Shown here piece by piece: positions 52,097-60,731 of a stretch of 64,000 nt of DNA. Under the pieces are notes generated by a model. It was not told the origin of the DNA. It ran no database searches and saw only the letters and a program-made list of their open reading frames with translations. Position 1 is the stretch's first letter. Every line of letters starts with the position of its first letter. Origin of the DNA: an uncultured Gemmatimonadales bacterium (GTDB taxonomy: Bacteria > Gemmatimonadota > Gemmatimonadetes > Longimicrobiales > Gaopeijiaceae). The stretch is from NCBI GenBank assembly GCA_963809895.1, contig CAWELD010000003.1, positions 352,001 to 416,000 on the forward strand. The letters run 5' to 3'. The position numbers and the translations under genes were made by a program.

Positions 52097-53413
52097 TCAG
52101 TCACCGGCGGGCGGCTCGGCCGTGGACGTCCGTGACGACTGCAGCATGCGCCGGTTGGCGGCGCGCATGACCTCCTCCAGGTCGAGCCCCAGGGCCGAGG
52201 CCATGGCTTCCACCGTGCCCAGGGCGCCGCGCACCCGCTGATTGGCGGCGTTGGCCAACCCCTCGCCGTCGCCCCCGTCCAGGACCACCATGCGATCGAT
52301 CTCCGTGCCCTTCACGGCTTCGACGGCGGTGCTGAGCAACTGGGGCAGCTTCTCGGCCACGAACACCGCGAAGGCCTGATCGCCGCCCTCCTTCACCTGC
52401 TCGTAGAGCCGCCGCAGGATCTCCACCTGCGCCTTGCCTCGCTCCAGGATGGGCGCGGCCTGCGCTTCGGCCTCGGCCTGGGCTGCCTCGCGGGCGGCCA
52501 GGGCCGGGGTCACCACATCGGCCTGCAGTCGCTGCTGCTCCTTCTGCACCCGACGGGTCTCGAGCTCCTTCTGCGCCTCGACCTCGGCCTGCTCTGCCTT
52601 GACCCGCGCGGTGCGCTCGGCGATCTCGCCTTCCTGATCCAGGGCCGCCTGTCGGACCCGGAGACGGTTCTGGGCTTCGGCCACCGTCACGGCGGTCTCG
52701 GCCTCCCGCACCTCGGCGCGCTTGCGGGCCTCGGCCTGGGCCTCGCGGGTGTCGGCTTCGGCATCGGCCTCGGCGATCTCGGCTTCGCGCACGGCCTCCG
52801 CAGCCTTCTTGCGGCCGATGGCCTCCAGGTAGCCCCGCTCGTCGCTGACGTTCTGGATCTTCAGGACGTCGAGGTGGAATCCCAGTGCCGTCAGATCCTC
52901 GCCGGCGTCCTCGGCCAGCGCCCGGGCGAACCCGAGGCGATCCTCGTTGACGGCCTCGGGCGTGAGCGTGGCCAGGACGCCACGCAGGTTACCCATGAGG
53001 GTGTCCTTGGCCAGCGATTGGACCTCCTCCTCGGTCTTGCCCAGGAGGCGTTCCACGGCGTTGTTGAACACCGTCTCGGGCTCCGAGGCCAGCTTGACGT
53101 TGGCGATGGCCTCGACGTTCAGGGGGATGTTGCCCTTGGAGAAGGCGTTCTTCACCGAGATCTCGATGGGGAACGTCTCCAGGTTCATGTGCTGGACCGT
53201 CTCGATGATGGGGATGCGCATGGTGCGTCCGCCGATGACCGAGCGGTAGCCCACCCGCTGTCCGTCGCCGAGGCGCCGGTTGCGGCCGGTGATGACCGCC
53301 GCCCGGTTGGGCGGCACGATGACGATGAGCGCCCGCACCGTCGCCAGGGCCACGATGGCCACTGCCAGGACGACCAGGGCGAGCACGGCCGGAGCAAAGA
53401 AGGCTTCAGGCAT
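52097..53413 (-). CDS. Flotillin-family SPFH protein
   Basis: N-terminal TM, SPFH domain (GNLRGVLA.LTPE), AEA-rich coiled coil. Confidence 0.92.
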   Translation of the reverse strand: MPEAFFAPAVLALVVLAVAIVALATVRALIVIVPPNRAAVITGRNRRLGDGQRVGYRSVIGGRTMRIPIIETVQHMNLETFPIEISVKNAFSKGNIPLNVEAIANVKLASEPETVFNNAVERLLGKTEEEVQSLAKDTLMGNLRGVLATLTPEAVNEDRLGFARALAEDAGEDLTALGFHLDVLKIQNVSDERGYLEAIGRKKAAEAVREAEIAEADAEADTREAQAEARKRAEVREAETAVTVAEAQNRLRVRQAALDQEGEIAERTARVKAEQAEVEAQKELETRRVQKEQQRLQADVVTPALAAREAAQAEAEAQAAPILERGKAQVEILRRLYEQVKEGGDQAFAVFVAEKLPQLLSTAVEAVKGTEIDRMVVLDGGDGEGLANAANQRVRGALGTVEAMASALGLDLEEVMRAANRRMLQSSRTSTAEPPAGD

Positions 53414-53500
53414 TCCACGACTCCTTGAGTGATACGGGCGGGTCCCTGTGACAAATACGGGCGCGCGCCGACGTCTCTTCAGGCTTCTGCTGCATGCATG

Positions 53501-54175
53501 TCAGTCGTCCGGAGCCCCCGGCAGGGCGTCCAACTCGTCTCCCTCCAGGGGCGCGACCCGGGCCACGCCGCCGTCCATCTCCACCACCACCACGGAGGTC
53601 CACGACTCGGGATCCCCGTGGGCGCTGGAGTGGGGCAGCGCGCGCAGCGTGACCCGGTGCAGGCCCCGCTCCACCACCACCGTTCCAGGGCTGTGCGCAA
53701 GCAGAGGCAGCGTGACCGTGCCGGTGCGTCCCACGAGGTCCCGATCCATGGGCTGTGTGCCGCTCTCGGTGGCGCGCAGGTAGTAGAAGAGCGCACTCAC
53801 CAGCGCCCCGGCCAGCGCGCCGCCCAGGAGCGCGAACAGGAAGGATGCGGTGGGCCCTTTTCCCAGGAGGGTGAGGGCCAGGCCCGTGGCGCCGAAGCCG
53901 AACAGCCCGTACACCACGGTCCGCAGCGAGAAGATGCGGGCTGCGGCGTGATCGTGGGCGATGTCCACGTCGTGCTGCAGGTCCATGTCGCCCTGAAAAT
54001 CCACATCGCCCTGGAAATCCACGTCGCCGTGCACGTCCAGGCCACCGTGCAGGTCCAGACCGCCCACATCCACGTCTCCCCCCAGGTCCACATCGCTGTC
54101 GTGGGCGCCGCCCAGGAGCGAGACGAGGAGGAAGCCACCTCCAAGGACCAGAGAGAAGACGTAGAGAGCGAACAC
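53501..54175 (-). CDS. NfeD/YqiJ-like flotillin partner with Asp/His-rich repeat loop
   Basis: TM helices, C-terminal OB-fold-like LVGRTGTV..G.V; upstream of flotillin. Confidence 0.82.
   Translation of the reverse strand: MFALYVFSLVLGGGFLLVSLLGGAHDSDVDLGGDVDVGGLDLHGGLDVHGDVDFQGDVDFQGDMDLQHDVDIAHDHAAARIFSLRTVVYGLFGFGATGLALTLLGKGPTASFLFALLGGALAGALVSALFYYLRATESGTQPMDRDLVGRTGTVTLPLLAHSPGTVVVERGLHRVTLRALPHSSAHGDPESWTSVVVVEMDGGVARVAPLEGDELDALPGAPDD
53948..54103 (-). repeat. Degenerate 18-bp tandem repeat encoding G-D-V-D-x-x hexapeptides
   Basis: GDVDFQ GDVDFQ GDMDLQ HDVDIA and related units. Confidence 0.8.
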
Positions 54176-54273
54176 GGATGAGCTCCTGGACGCGAATCGG
54201 AGGGTGTCAGCAAGATACGCGGGGCGGCGCCCACGCGCACGGATCTCGCGTCGCGGCGCGGTGCCGCCGCGAA

Positions 54274-54302
54274 TTGACCCCTCCGAGCACCGCCGCTAGC
54301 TT
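54274..54302 (+). promoter_or_regulatory. sigma70 promoter for ychF
   Basis: TTGACC-N17-TAGCTT. Confidence 0.75.
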
Positions 54303-54312
54303 GTCTCCGCAG

Positions 54313-54342
54313 CGCGCGCCGGGCTCCGGCGCGCGATTTTTT
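54313..54342 (+). terminator. Terminator-like hairpin + T tract inside the ychF leader
   Basis: CGCGCGCCGG-GCT-CCGGCGCGCG-ATTTTTT. Confidence 0.55.
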
Positions 54343-54365
54343 CGTCCGCCATCCGCCGGGACATC

Positions 54366-55463
54366 ATGCTGAAGGTCGGCATCGTGGGACTCCCCAACGT
54401 GGGCAAGTCCTCGCTCTTCAACGCCCTCACCGCCGTGGGCGCTCCGTCCGAGAACTATCCGTTCTGCACGGTGGATCCCAACATCGGCACCGTGGAGGTG
54501 CCCGATCCCCGGTTGGACCGCATCCACGCCCTGGCGCAGTCGAAGACCCGTGTGCCCACCGTGATCCAGTTCGTGGACATTGCCGGGCTGGTGGAGGGCG
54601 CGTCGGAAGGGGAGGGGCTGGGCAACCAGTTCCTGGCCAACATCCGCGAGGTGGACGCCATCGCCCACGTCCTGCGCTGCTTCGACGATCCCGACATCGC
54701 TCACGTCATGGGCTCGGTGGATCCCGTGCGCGACCGGGCCATCGTCGAGACCGAGCTGGCGCTCTCGGACCTGGAGATGGTGGAGCGGCGCCTGGACCGC
54801 GTCGGCAAGAAGGCCAAGTCCGGCGAGAAGGACGCGCAGCGCGAGCTGGCCGTGCTCGAGAAGGTCTTCGCCGCGCTGTCCGAGGGACGCCCCGTCCGCA
54901 AGCTCGTGCTGGACCCCGAGGAGCGGCGCATCCTGAAGAGCTTCCAGCTCCTCACCGCCAAGCCCGTGCTGTACGTGGTGAACGTGGCCGAAGAGGACCT
55001 GCCCAGCGGCGACAATCCCTGGGTGCGAGCGCTACGCAAGGTGGTCGAGGAGGAAGACGCCGGCGAGATCGTCCCGGTCTGCTCGGCCATCGAGTCCGAG
55101 CTCGCCGAGCTCGACGAGGAGCACCGCCTGGAGTTCCTGAAGGAGCTGGGGCTGGAGGAGTCCGGCCTCAACCGCCTCATCCACGCCGCCTACCACCTCC
55201 TGGGACTCATCACCTTCTTCACCACCGGCGAGAACGAGTCCCGGGCCTGGACCGCCCGCCGCGGCATGACCGCCCCCGAGACCGCCGGCCTCATCCACTC
55301 GGACTTCCAGCGGGGCTTCATCCGCGCCGAGACCATCGCCTACGACACCTTCTGCGAGATCGGCTCCTGGAAGGACGCCCGGGACAAGGGCCTCCTGCGT
55401 TCCGAGGGGAAGGACTACGTGGTGCAGGATGCGGATATCATCCTGTTCCGCTTCAACGTGTAA
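54366..55463 (+). CDS. ychF: Ribosome-binding ATPase YchF
   Basis: [39 protein letters not shown]. Confidence 0.98.
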   Translation: MLKVGIVGLPNVGKSSLFNALTAVGAPSENYPFCTVDPNIGTVEVPDPRLDRIHALAQSKTRVPTVIQFVDIAGLVEGASEGEGLGNQFLANIREVDAIAHVLRCFDDPDIAHVMGSVDPVRDRAIVETELALSDLEMVERRLDRVGKKAKSGEKDAQRELAVLEKVFAALSEGRPVRKLVLDPEERRILKSFQLLTAKPVLYVVNVAEEDLPSGDNPWVRALRKVVEEEDAGEIVPVCSAIESELAELDEEHRLEFLKELGLEESGLNRLIHAAYHLLGLITFFTTGENESRAWTARRGMTAPETAGLIHSDFQRGFIRAETIAYDTFCEIGSWKDARDKGLLRSEGKDYVVQDADIILFRFNV

Positions 55464-55480
55464 GGGGTGCGCTCTGCGAG

Positions 55481-56017
55481 TCAGCCCAACTCGTCGGCCG
55501 TTCGGACCACCCACTGCACCAGGGCGGTCCTCCGATCTTCGGTGATGGGGAGAACCTGAATCCGCGACAATAGGGTCTCGGTCTCCACCAATCCTTCCAC
55601 GAGAAGGACGCGTACGAACATTCTGTCCTTCTCGCGGGAGGCTACCAGCTTGCTAGCCGCGAGATCATGCGCCTCGATGCAATGCCCCGTGTTGCCTCGG
55701 GTGCCCACGATGTCGGAAACGGCGATCGTGCGTTGCTCCCACCCGTGCGGCAGAGTCGCTGCCTCGATCGAGACACCGTGAACGTAGAAGCCGTGAGTCG
55801 CGTGAAACTGGGACAACTCTCCGAGGGAAGCGTCGATAGCATCGACCTCGTCGGGCCGATTCAGCGGTTGGACATCCACCTCGATCGAGGTACGGAGTTC
55901 CGGAGGAGCGTCAGGGTACTCACCCAGGATGGCCTGCGAGCCGAAGATCAGTACGTCTGTATCGCCTGAAACCTCGCATGCCGCGCGGATCGCGTGCTCG
56001 AGTTGCTGGCGAGTCAC
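55481..56017 (-). CDS. DUF6036/AbiEii-like nucleotidyltransferase (putative toxin)
   Basis: IFGSQAI...SIEVD (GS...ExD Pol-beta-type site) and C-terminal SKL..SREKD motif. Confidence 0.75.
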   Translation of the reverse strand: MTRQQLEHAIRAACEVSGDTDVLIFGSQAILGEYPDAPPELRTSIEVDVQPLNRPDEVDAIDASLGELSQFHATHGFYVHGVSIEAATLPHGWEQRTIAVSDIVGTRGNTGHCIEAHDLAASKLVASREKDRMFVRVLLVEGLVETETLLSRIQVLPITEDRRTALVQWVVRTADELG

Positions 56018-56940
56018 TTCTGTGTCTCGAGCGATGACAGGAGTTCTTCGCGCTCATCGTGGGTCAGCACGGCGAAGAATGGTGAGCTCTGCCGCAACCG
56101 CTGAGCCCGGGCGGTGTCCGCCACGAGGAAGTCCTTGAGGCGTTGAGGTGAGTAGTGAGCCAGGATGTCTCGCCATTCCTTGATGTCGTGCGATGCCGGA
56201 CCCTGGTCCCTGGTCAACAGGAGGTCGATGTGGCGTTCGGCCCGACGGCGCAGTGACGGATCCCGGTCGAGCATGCCAGCGATGACCTCACTCACCTTCT
56301 TGGCGCGCTCAACGCTTGCCTCATGTGTACTCGGTGACGCGGGCCCACGGGCGGCGGGCGCGTGATGACCGGCCAGGATGGTCTTCCCTCCAAGCTCGAG
56401 GGACTCGACTTCCGCGCGTGAGAAGAAGTGGAGTTCGATGGTGAGGTCGAATCCGCCTTCTACCTCTGCGATGCGCTCGCGGATCGCACCTTCGAGATAG
56501 ATCAAGGATCGCCCATCAGCCACAATGCCCATGTGAAGTGGCTCGCCAGCCGCAGTGGGGGACTCCCTAATCCAGGCCAGATTGATCTCGGGTAGCCCTT
56601 GGAGGACCTCGCGAAGCTCCTCCAGGAATGCCTGATGACGAGCCTGTTCCGCGCGGAAGAGCTCCCGAAGCTGGTGGGAGAGCGGGTCCGAGTCCCTCAT
56701 CCTGAACCTCTGCGCTCGACCGCCGCCGATCAGTTCTACAAAGCCGGTTCGCGCCAGGCGCCTGAGCGCCCGGCGGGCGCCTGCCTCGGTCAAACCCACC
56801 TGCTCCGCAGCCTCGGGGGCGCCGATCGGCCCCGAGACCTCATTGGCGAGGAGCCTCAGCAGGCGAACGTTGGCCTTCGTGCCGAGAAGGTCGTTCAGCG
56901 GTGTGCGGATGAAGTCCTGAGGGATAGCGATTGGCTGCAT
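56014..56940 (-). CDS. wHTH + degenerate nucleotidyltransferase-fold + helical domain protein (putative antitoxin/autorepressor)
   Basis: N-terminal wHTH (EAAEQVGLTEAGARRALRRLARTGFV); middle region lacks GS/DxD; C-terminal WRDIL...LRQSSPF.VLT.DER; GTGA overlap with the downstream gene. Confidence 0.7.
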   Translation of the reverse strand: MQPIAIPQDFIRTPLNDLLGTKANVRLLRLLANEVSGPIGAPEAAEQVGLTEAGARRALRRLARTGFVELIGGGRAQRFRMRDSDPLSHQLRELFRAEQARHQAFLEELREVLQGLPEINLAWIRESPTAAGEPLHMGIVADGRSLIYLEGAIRERIAEVEGGFDLTIELHFFSRAEVESLELGGKTILAGHHAPAARGPASPSTHEASVERAKKVSEVIAGMLDRDPSLRRRAERHIDLLLTRDQGPASHDIKEWRDILAHYSPQRLKDFLVADTARAQRLRQSSPFFAVLTHDEREELLSSLETQK

Positions 56941-56959
56941 GGCGGTACGCGTCTATCGA

Positions 56960-57010
56960 AAACAATACATCAGTATTGTTTAGGATACACATGTATCTAT
57001 TATCGCGCAA
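56960..57010 (-). promoter_or_regulatory. sigma70 promoter with two palindromic operators
   Basis: TTGCGC(57010-57005)-N17-TATCCT(56987-56982); AAACAATAC-N4-GTATTGTTT (56960-56981) and GATACA-CA-TGTATC (56984-56997). Confidence 0.75.
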
Positions 57011-57159
57011 GCCTCACCTCCCAGCCCGGAAACTGACCTCCCTCGGCTGAACGTCGGTCGTCATCGAGGCACATACGCCACGGTCCGGATTCGGGGCTCG
57101 CGTCCCAAAGTCACGGTGAACAGTTCCACGCCGCGATCGCCCGCGCCGGCGACAATCTG

Positions 57160-57315
57160 CACCCGGAAGGGCAGCCGGCCGGGCGCGTGGACCTGCCCGC
57201 AAGCCTGCGCGTGCTCGTCGCCACGCGTGAGCGCCTGTGGGGCACCGAGACCGATCGCCTGGGCGTATCCCATCTGCGGCGCTTCGCCATCACGTCGGAT
57301 GGGACGGAACCGTAG
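57160..57315 (+). pseudogene. C-terminal remnant of a beta-propeller-type protein
   Basis: Frame from 57121 reads ..HPEGQPAGRVDLPASLRVLVATRERLWGTETDRLGVSHLRRFAITSDGTEP*; in-frame stop at 57034-57036 and no start upstream of the recognisable segment. Confidence 0.5.
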
Positions 57316-57422
57316 CGTATCCCCAACTCGTCGGCCGTTCGGACTTGCTTGCGTCGTTCCCCGCTCGGAGCTTGTCCAGAGCGTGCGGTCTGCTTTCGGT
57401 CTCGGTTTCCGGAGAAGGATTG

Positions 57423-58169
57423 GTGTTCAGCAACGTCTACGACGATGACACTCGGGCATCGGCCTACGCAGGCCTGGAGTTTCCCGGCACGTACTACCTG
57501 GCGTTCCGAGACATCCCCTCGCTCCTGCGCGAGCACGTGCGCGGGCGCTCGGCGCTCGACTTCGGGTGCGGCGCGGGCCGGTCGACCCGATTTCTCCGCG
57601 AGCTCGGGTTCGACGTGACGGGAGTGGACATCTCGTCGTCGATGTTGGCCCAGGCCCGGGCGCGCGACCCGGAAGGAAACTACCTCCTCGTGCCCGATGG
57701 CGATCTCAGCGCCCTGCCGAGCGCGGCCTTGGACTTGATCTTCAGCGCCTTCACCTTCGACAACATCCCGGGACGAGACGCTCGCGCGCGTCTCTTCGGC
57801 GAGCTCCGCCGCGTGCTGGCGCCTCACGGCAAGTTGGTGAACCTCGTTTCGGCCCCGGAGATCTACCTCAACGAGTGGGCCTCGTTCACCACTCGCGACT
57901 TTGTCGAGAACCGCTCAGCGCGGTCCGGCGATCGGGTTCGCATCGTGATGCTCGACGTGCCGGACCGACGTCCCGTGGAAGACGTATTGTGGTTGGACAG
58001 TGACTACCGCGAGCACTACCGCAGCGCAGGCCTCGAGGTGGTGTTGCTCCACCGCCCTCTCGGACGGGGCGACGATCCCCAACGGTGGGTGTCCGAAATG
58101 CACACATCGCCCTGGGCCGTCTATGTCCTCGCGCCGGACGGCACCGTACCGAGCATCGATCGTCCGTGA
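57423..58169 (+). CDS. Class I SAM-dependent methyltransferase
   Basis: ALDFGCGAGRS, GVDISSSML; SD GGAGAAGGA before TTG/GTG at 57420/57423. Confidence 0.88.
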   Translation: MFSNVYDDDTRASAYAGLEFPGTYYLAFRDIPSLLREHVRGRSALDFGCGAGRSTRFLRELGFDVTGVDISSSMLAQARARDPEGNYLLVPDGDLSALPSAALDLIFSAFTFDNIPGRDARARLFGELRRVLAPHGKLVNLVSAPEIYLNEWASFTTRDFVENRSARSGDRVRIVMLDVPDRRPVEDVLWLDSDYREHYRSAGLEVVLLHRPLGRGDDPQRWVSEMHTSPWAVYVLAPDGTVPSIDRP

Positions 58170-58203
58170 CCGGTCAGGGTGTGTCGCCGGGGTGATTCAC
58201 CGT

Positions 58204-58277
58204 CGGGCGCGAGGCAGATGGGGGCTGGCGCTCCTTGGTTCCTGCGCCAGGGGGGGCGCCCCATCTGCCTGTGCCCG
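58204..58277. terminator. Long hairpin between convergent genes
   Basis: AGGCAGATGGGG/CCCCATCTGCCT outer stem, CTGGCGC/GCGCCAG inner stem. Confidence 0.5.
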
Positions 58278-58296
58278 TGATTTCAACCGGCGAGGG

Positions 58297-60117
58297 TCAG
58301 CCGCCCCCGCCCGCGGCCGCCCCGCTGTTCTGGTTGTCTCTCCCGGGCTTCGGCCAGGCGCTGGCGGCCAGTCCCATGGACCCGGTCTTCACCGCGTAGA
58401 TCTCGCCGGTGAGCTGTGAGGCCACGTAGGCGGTGCCATCGGCCGCGATGGGCGAGGAGCCCTTGATCACCTTGAACTCCCCGTTGACCTCGAACTGCCA
58501 GAGCTCGGAGCCCGCCGCGTCGTAGGCGTGAAGGATCCCCACGCCCCCGAACACGCACCCGCCCACGGGAACGTAGAGCGTCCCGTCGGCGCCCACGGTG
58601 ACGCCCCCGTACTCCGCGGGGCACCCGGAGAGCGGATCGCGCCACGCCTCGGACCCGTCGGAATTCAAGGCGTAGACGGTGCCCACCGGGTCGGTGTCGT
58701 CCTGACTTCCGCCCGACGTGACGTAGATCGTGCCGTCGGCGGCGAGGGCCGGCGACGTGAACACCGCGCCGCCGGTCTGGTAGGTCCACGCCAGGGAGCC
58801 GTCGGGATTCAAGGCGTAGAGCTTGCCGTCCGTCGTAAATATGCCGGAGCCGGAGTCGAACGAACCGGTGCCCCCGACGTAGATCGTACCGTCTTCGGCG
58901 ATGGCGGGGGCACTCCCACTCCCGTCGAGCTCGTACGTCCAGTCCACCGATCCGTCGGAGGCGTCGAGCGCCACCAGGCGCCCGTTGGCCGTTTCGTCTT
59001 TCGCGGCGTACAGAGTGCCCCCGGCCCCCAGCGCCATGCGGTACCCCGCGCTACCGCCGTCGCTGTATGTCCAGAGCTGGGTGCCGGCGGAGCTCACCGC
59101 ATGGATCGTCGGCGGGTCGAGGAAGTTGTCGTCGCTCACGTAGACCGTGCCGTCGGGGCCGACGACCGGGGTGCCGGACACTCCGAACACTCCGCCCACC
59201 GTGTAGGTCCACTTCGCGGTGCCGTCGGGATTGAGGGCATAGAGGGTTCCGGCGCCGCTTCCGAAGTGGATGGTTCCGTCGGGGGCCACGCTGGGTGGGC
59301 CCGCGATGTACTCGTCGGCGGTGAAGGACCAGGCTACGGTGCCGTCGGGGGCCAGAGCGAAGAGCATCGCCTGATCGGCGTTGGTCGCGGCGTAGATCGT
59401 GCCGTCGGCGGCCATCGCCGTACCCACGAGCTCGCCTCCGACCGTGGTGGCCCAGCGGTACATGCCGGCCAGTGTCTCGCACGCCAGGGTGAAGGAGGCC
59501 TCGGCCGTCTCACTCTCGGTAATCGTGACGGTAGCGGTGGCCTCGGAGGTGATCTGGCAATTGGTCGCCACCGAGGTGAGCTCCACCGTGACTTCGCCCA
59601 GGGGGAGGCCGTCGATCACCTTCATTCCGTTGGTGCTCAGGCTCGCCGACGAGCTGCCGATGTTCAGCAGGTAGCCGTTGGCGTCGAGAGCGCCGGGGTC
59701 GCCGGCGGTTTCGGTGGTGACCCGGAGGTTTCCTCGGATCGCCACGGTGATCGTCGCATTCCCCTGATGGCTGGACGACGTCGCGGTGATGGTCGCGCTC
59801 CCGTCGCCCACGGCCGTCACCAGGCCCGATGCGCTCACCGTGGCCACCGACTCGGCGTCAGAGCCCCAGGTCACGGTCTGCCCGCTCATGGTCTGCCCGT
59901 TCTGGTCGCGGACGGAGGCGTTGAGCTGGGTGGTGGCTCCCGTGCTCGACAGGGTCTTCGAGGTGGGCGAAACCACCACCGTGGTTGCGACCGGGGTCTC
60001 CTCCTCGGGGCCGGTCCCGCTGTCGGAGCATGCGGCCAGTGCGAACATGGATACGACGGGGAGGATCAACGCCAGATAGACGCGGCGGGCGCGTTGGGAG
60101 GAGGGCCGTCCAGGCAT
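58297..60117 (-). CDS. Surface lipoprotein: Ig-like (Big_2) domain(s) + PQQ-type beta-propeller repeats
   Basis: Lipobox LAAC; W.SD..SVATVSASGLVTAVG.G.ATITA; repeated P....DGT.Y....LYAL..DG...W; SD GGAG before ATG 60117. Confidence 0.85.
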   Translation of the reverse strand: MPGRPSSQRARRVYLALILPVVSMFALAACSDSGTGPEEETPVATTVVVSPTSKTLSSTGATTQLNASVRDQNGQTMSGQTVTWGSDAESVATVSASGLVTAVGDGSATITATSSSHQGNATITVAIRGNLRVTTETAGDPGALDANGYLLNIGSSSASLSTNGMKVIDGLPLGEVTVELTSVATNCQITSEATATVTITESETAEASFTLACETLAGMYRWATTVGGELVGTAMAADGTIYAATNADQAMLFALAPDGTVAWSFTADEYIAGPPSVAPDGTIHFGSGAGTLYALNPDGTAKWTYTVGGVFGVSGTPVVGPDGTVYVSDDNFLDPPTIHAVSSAGTQLWTYSDGGSAGYRMALGAGGTLYAAKDETANGRLVALDASDGSVDWTYELDGSGSAPAIAEDGTIYVGGTGSFDSGSGIFTTDGKLYALNPDGSLAWTYQTGGAVFTSPALAADGTIYVTSGGSQDDTDPVGTVYALNSDGSEAWRDPLSGCPAEYGGVTVGADGTLYVPVGGCVFGGVGILHAYDAAGSELWQFEVNGEFKVIKGSSPIAADGTAYVASQLTGEIYAVKTGSMGLAASAWPKPGRDNQNSGAAAGGGG

Positions 60118-60163
60118 GGCAGGACTCCGGTCCGTGGGGAGGATTGGGGTCGAACGCCCAACC

Positions 60164-60583
60164 TTAGCTCCGCGCCCCGTCCCCTCGATTGAACGCCTGT
60201 CGCGAACCCTTGCCATTTCGTTGCGCCGTGGCCTCCGTCGCGGAGCCATGCGGGTTCCGGGCCGCCCGGAAGTCGGTCGGCGGCATCCCGGTGTCGCGCT
60301 TGAAGCTCCGGGTGAAGTGGGCGGGATCCCGGTAGCCCACGGCCCGGGCGACGGCCCGGACCGTGCGATCCGTGGTCCGCAACAGGACTTCGGCGCGTGC
60401 CATGCGGGCCCGGCGGATCCGGGCCCCGGGCGGTGTGCCGCCGCTCTCCACCAGCCGCCTGTGAAGCCCCGAGCGACTCATGCCCATGGCGCCGGCCAGC
60501 GCGCCCACGTCGAAGGACGGGTCGGCGAGGCATGCCTCGATGATGTCCGTCACCCGCACGAGGAAGCTGGCGTGGTCGTGCAC
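60164..60583 (-). CDS. Stand-alone AraC-family HTH protein
   Basis: MSRSGLHRRL, VARAVGYRDPAHFTRSFKR..G..P; SD GGAG 7 nt before GTG. Confidence 0.8.
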   Translation of the reverse strand: MHDHASFLVRVTDIIEACLADPSFDVGALAGAMGMSRSGLHRRLVESGGTPPGARIRRARMARAEVLLRTTDRTVRAVARAVGYRDPAHFTRSFKRDTGMPPTDFRAARNPHGSATEATAQRNGKGSRQAFNRGDGARS

Positions 60584-60731
60584 GGGGGAGCTCCGGCCGG
60601 GGGCGCGACATGGAGAGGCGGACGCCTGATCATGCCAGCCGCCGGGTCCCGGGCGCTTGCAGCCACGTTGCAGATCGCTGTCGATCCGTCGCAGTGCCCG
60701 GTGCGTGCCACCCCCGCCTCTTCGGCTCCTC

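Noticed and set aside
57061..57273. 70-aa minus-strand ORF as a third gene of the TA-like module
   Set aside because: Lies upstream of the module's promoter and is better explained as antisense to the plus-strand remnant
58400..59460. Recurring GCCGTCGG-containing repeats that might suggest a CRISPR array
   Set aside because: Coding beta-propeller blade repeats (DGT.Y); degenerate, and no cas genes
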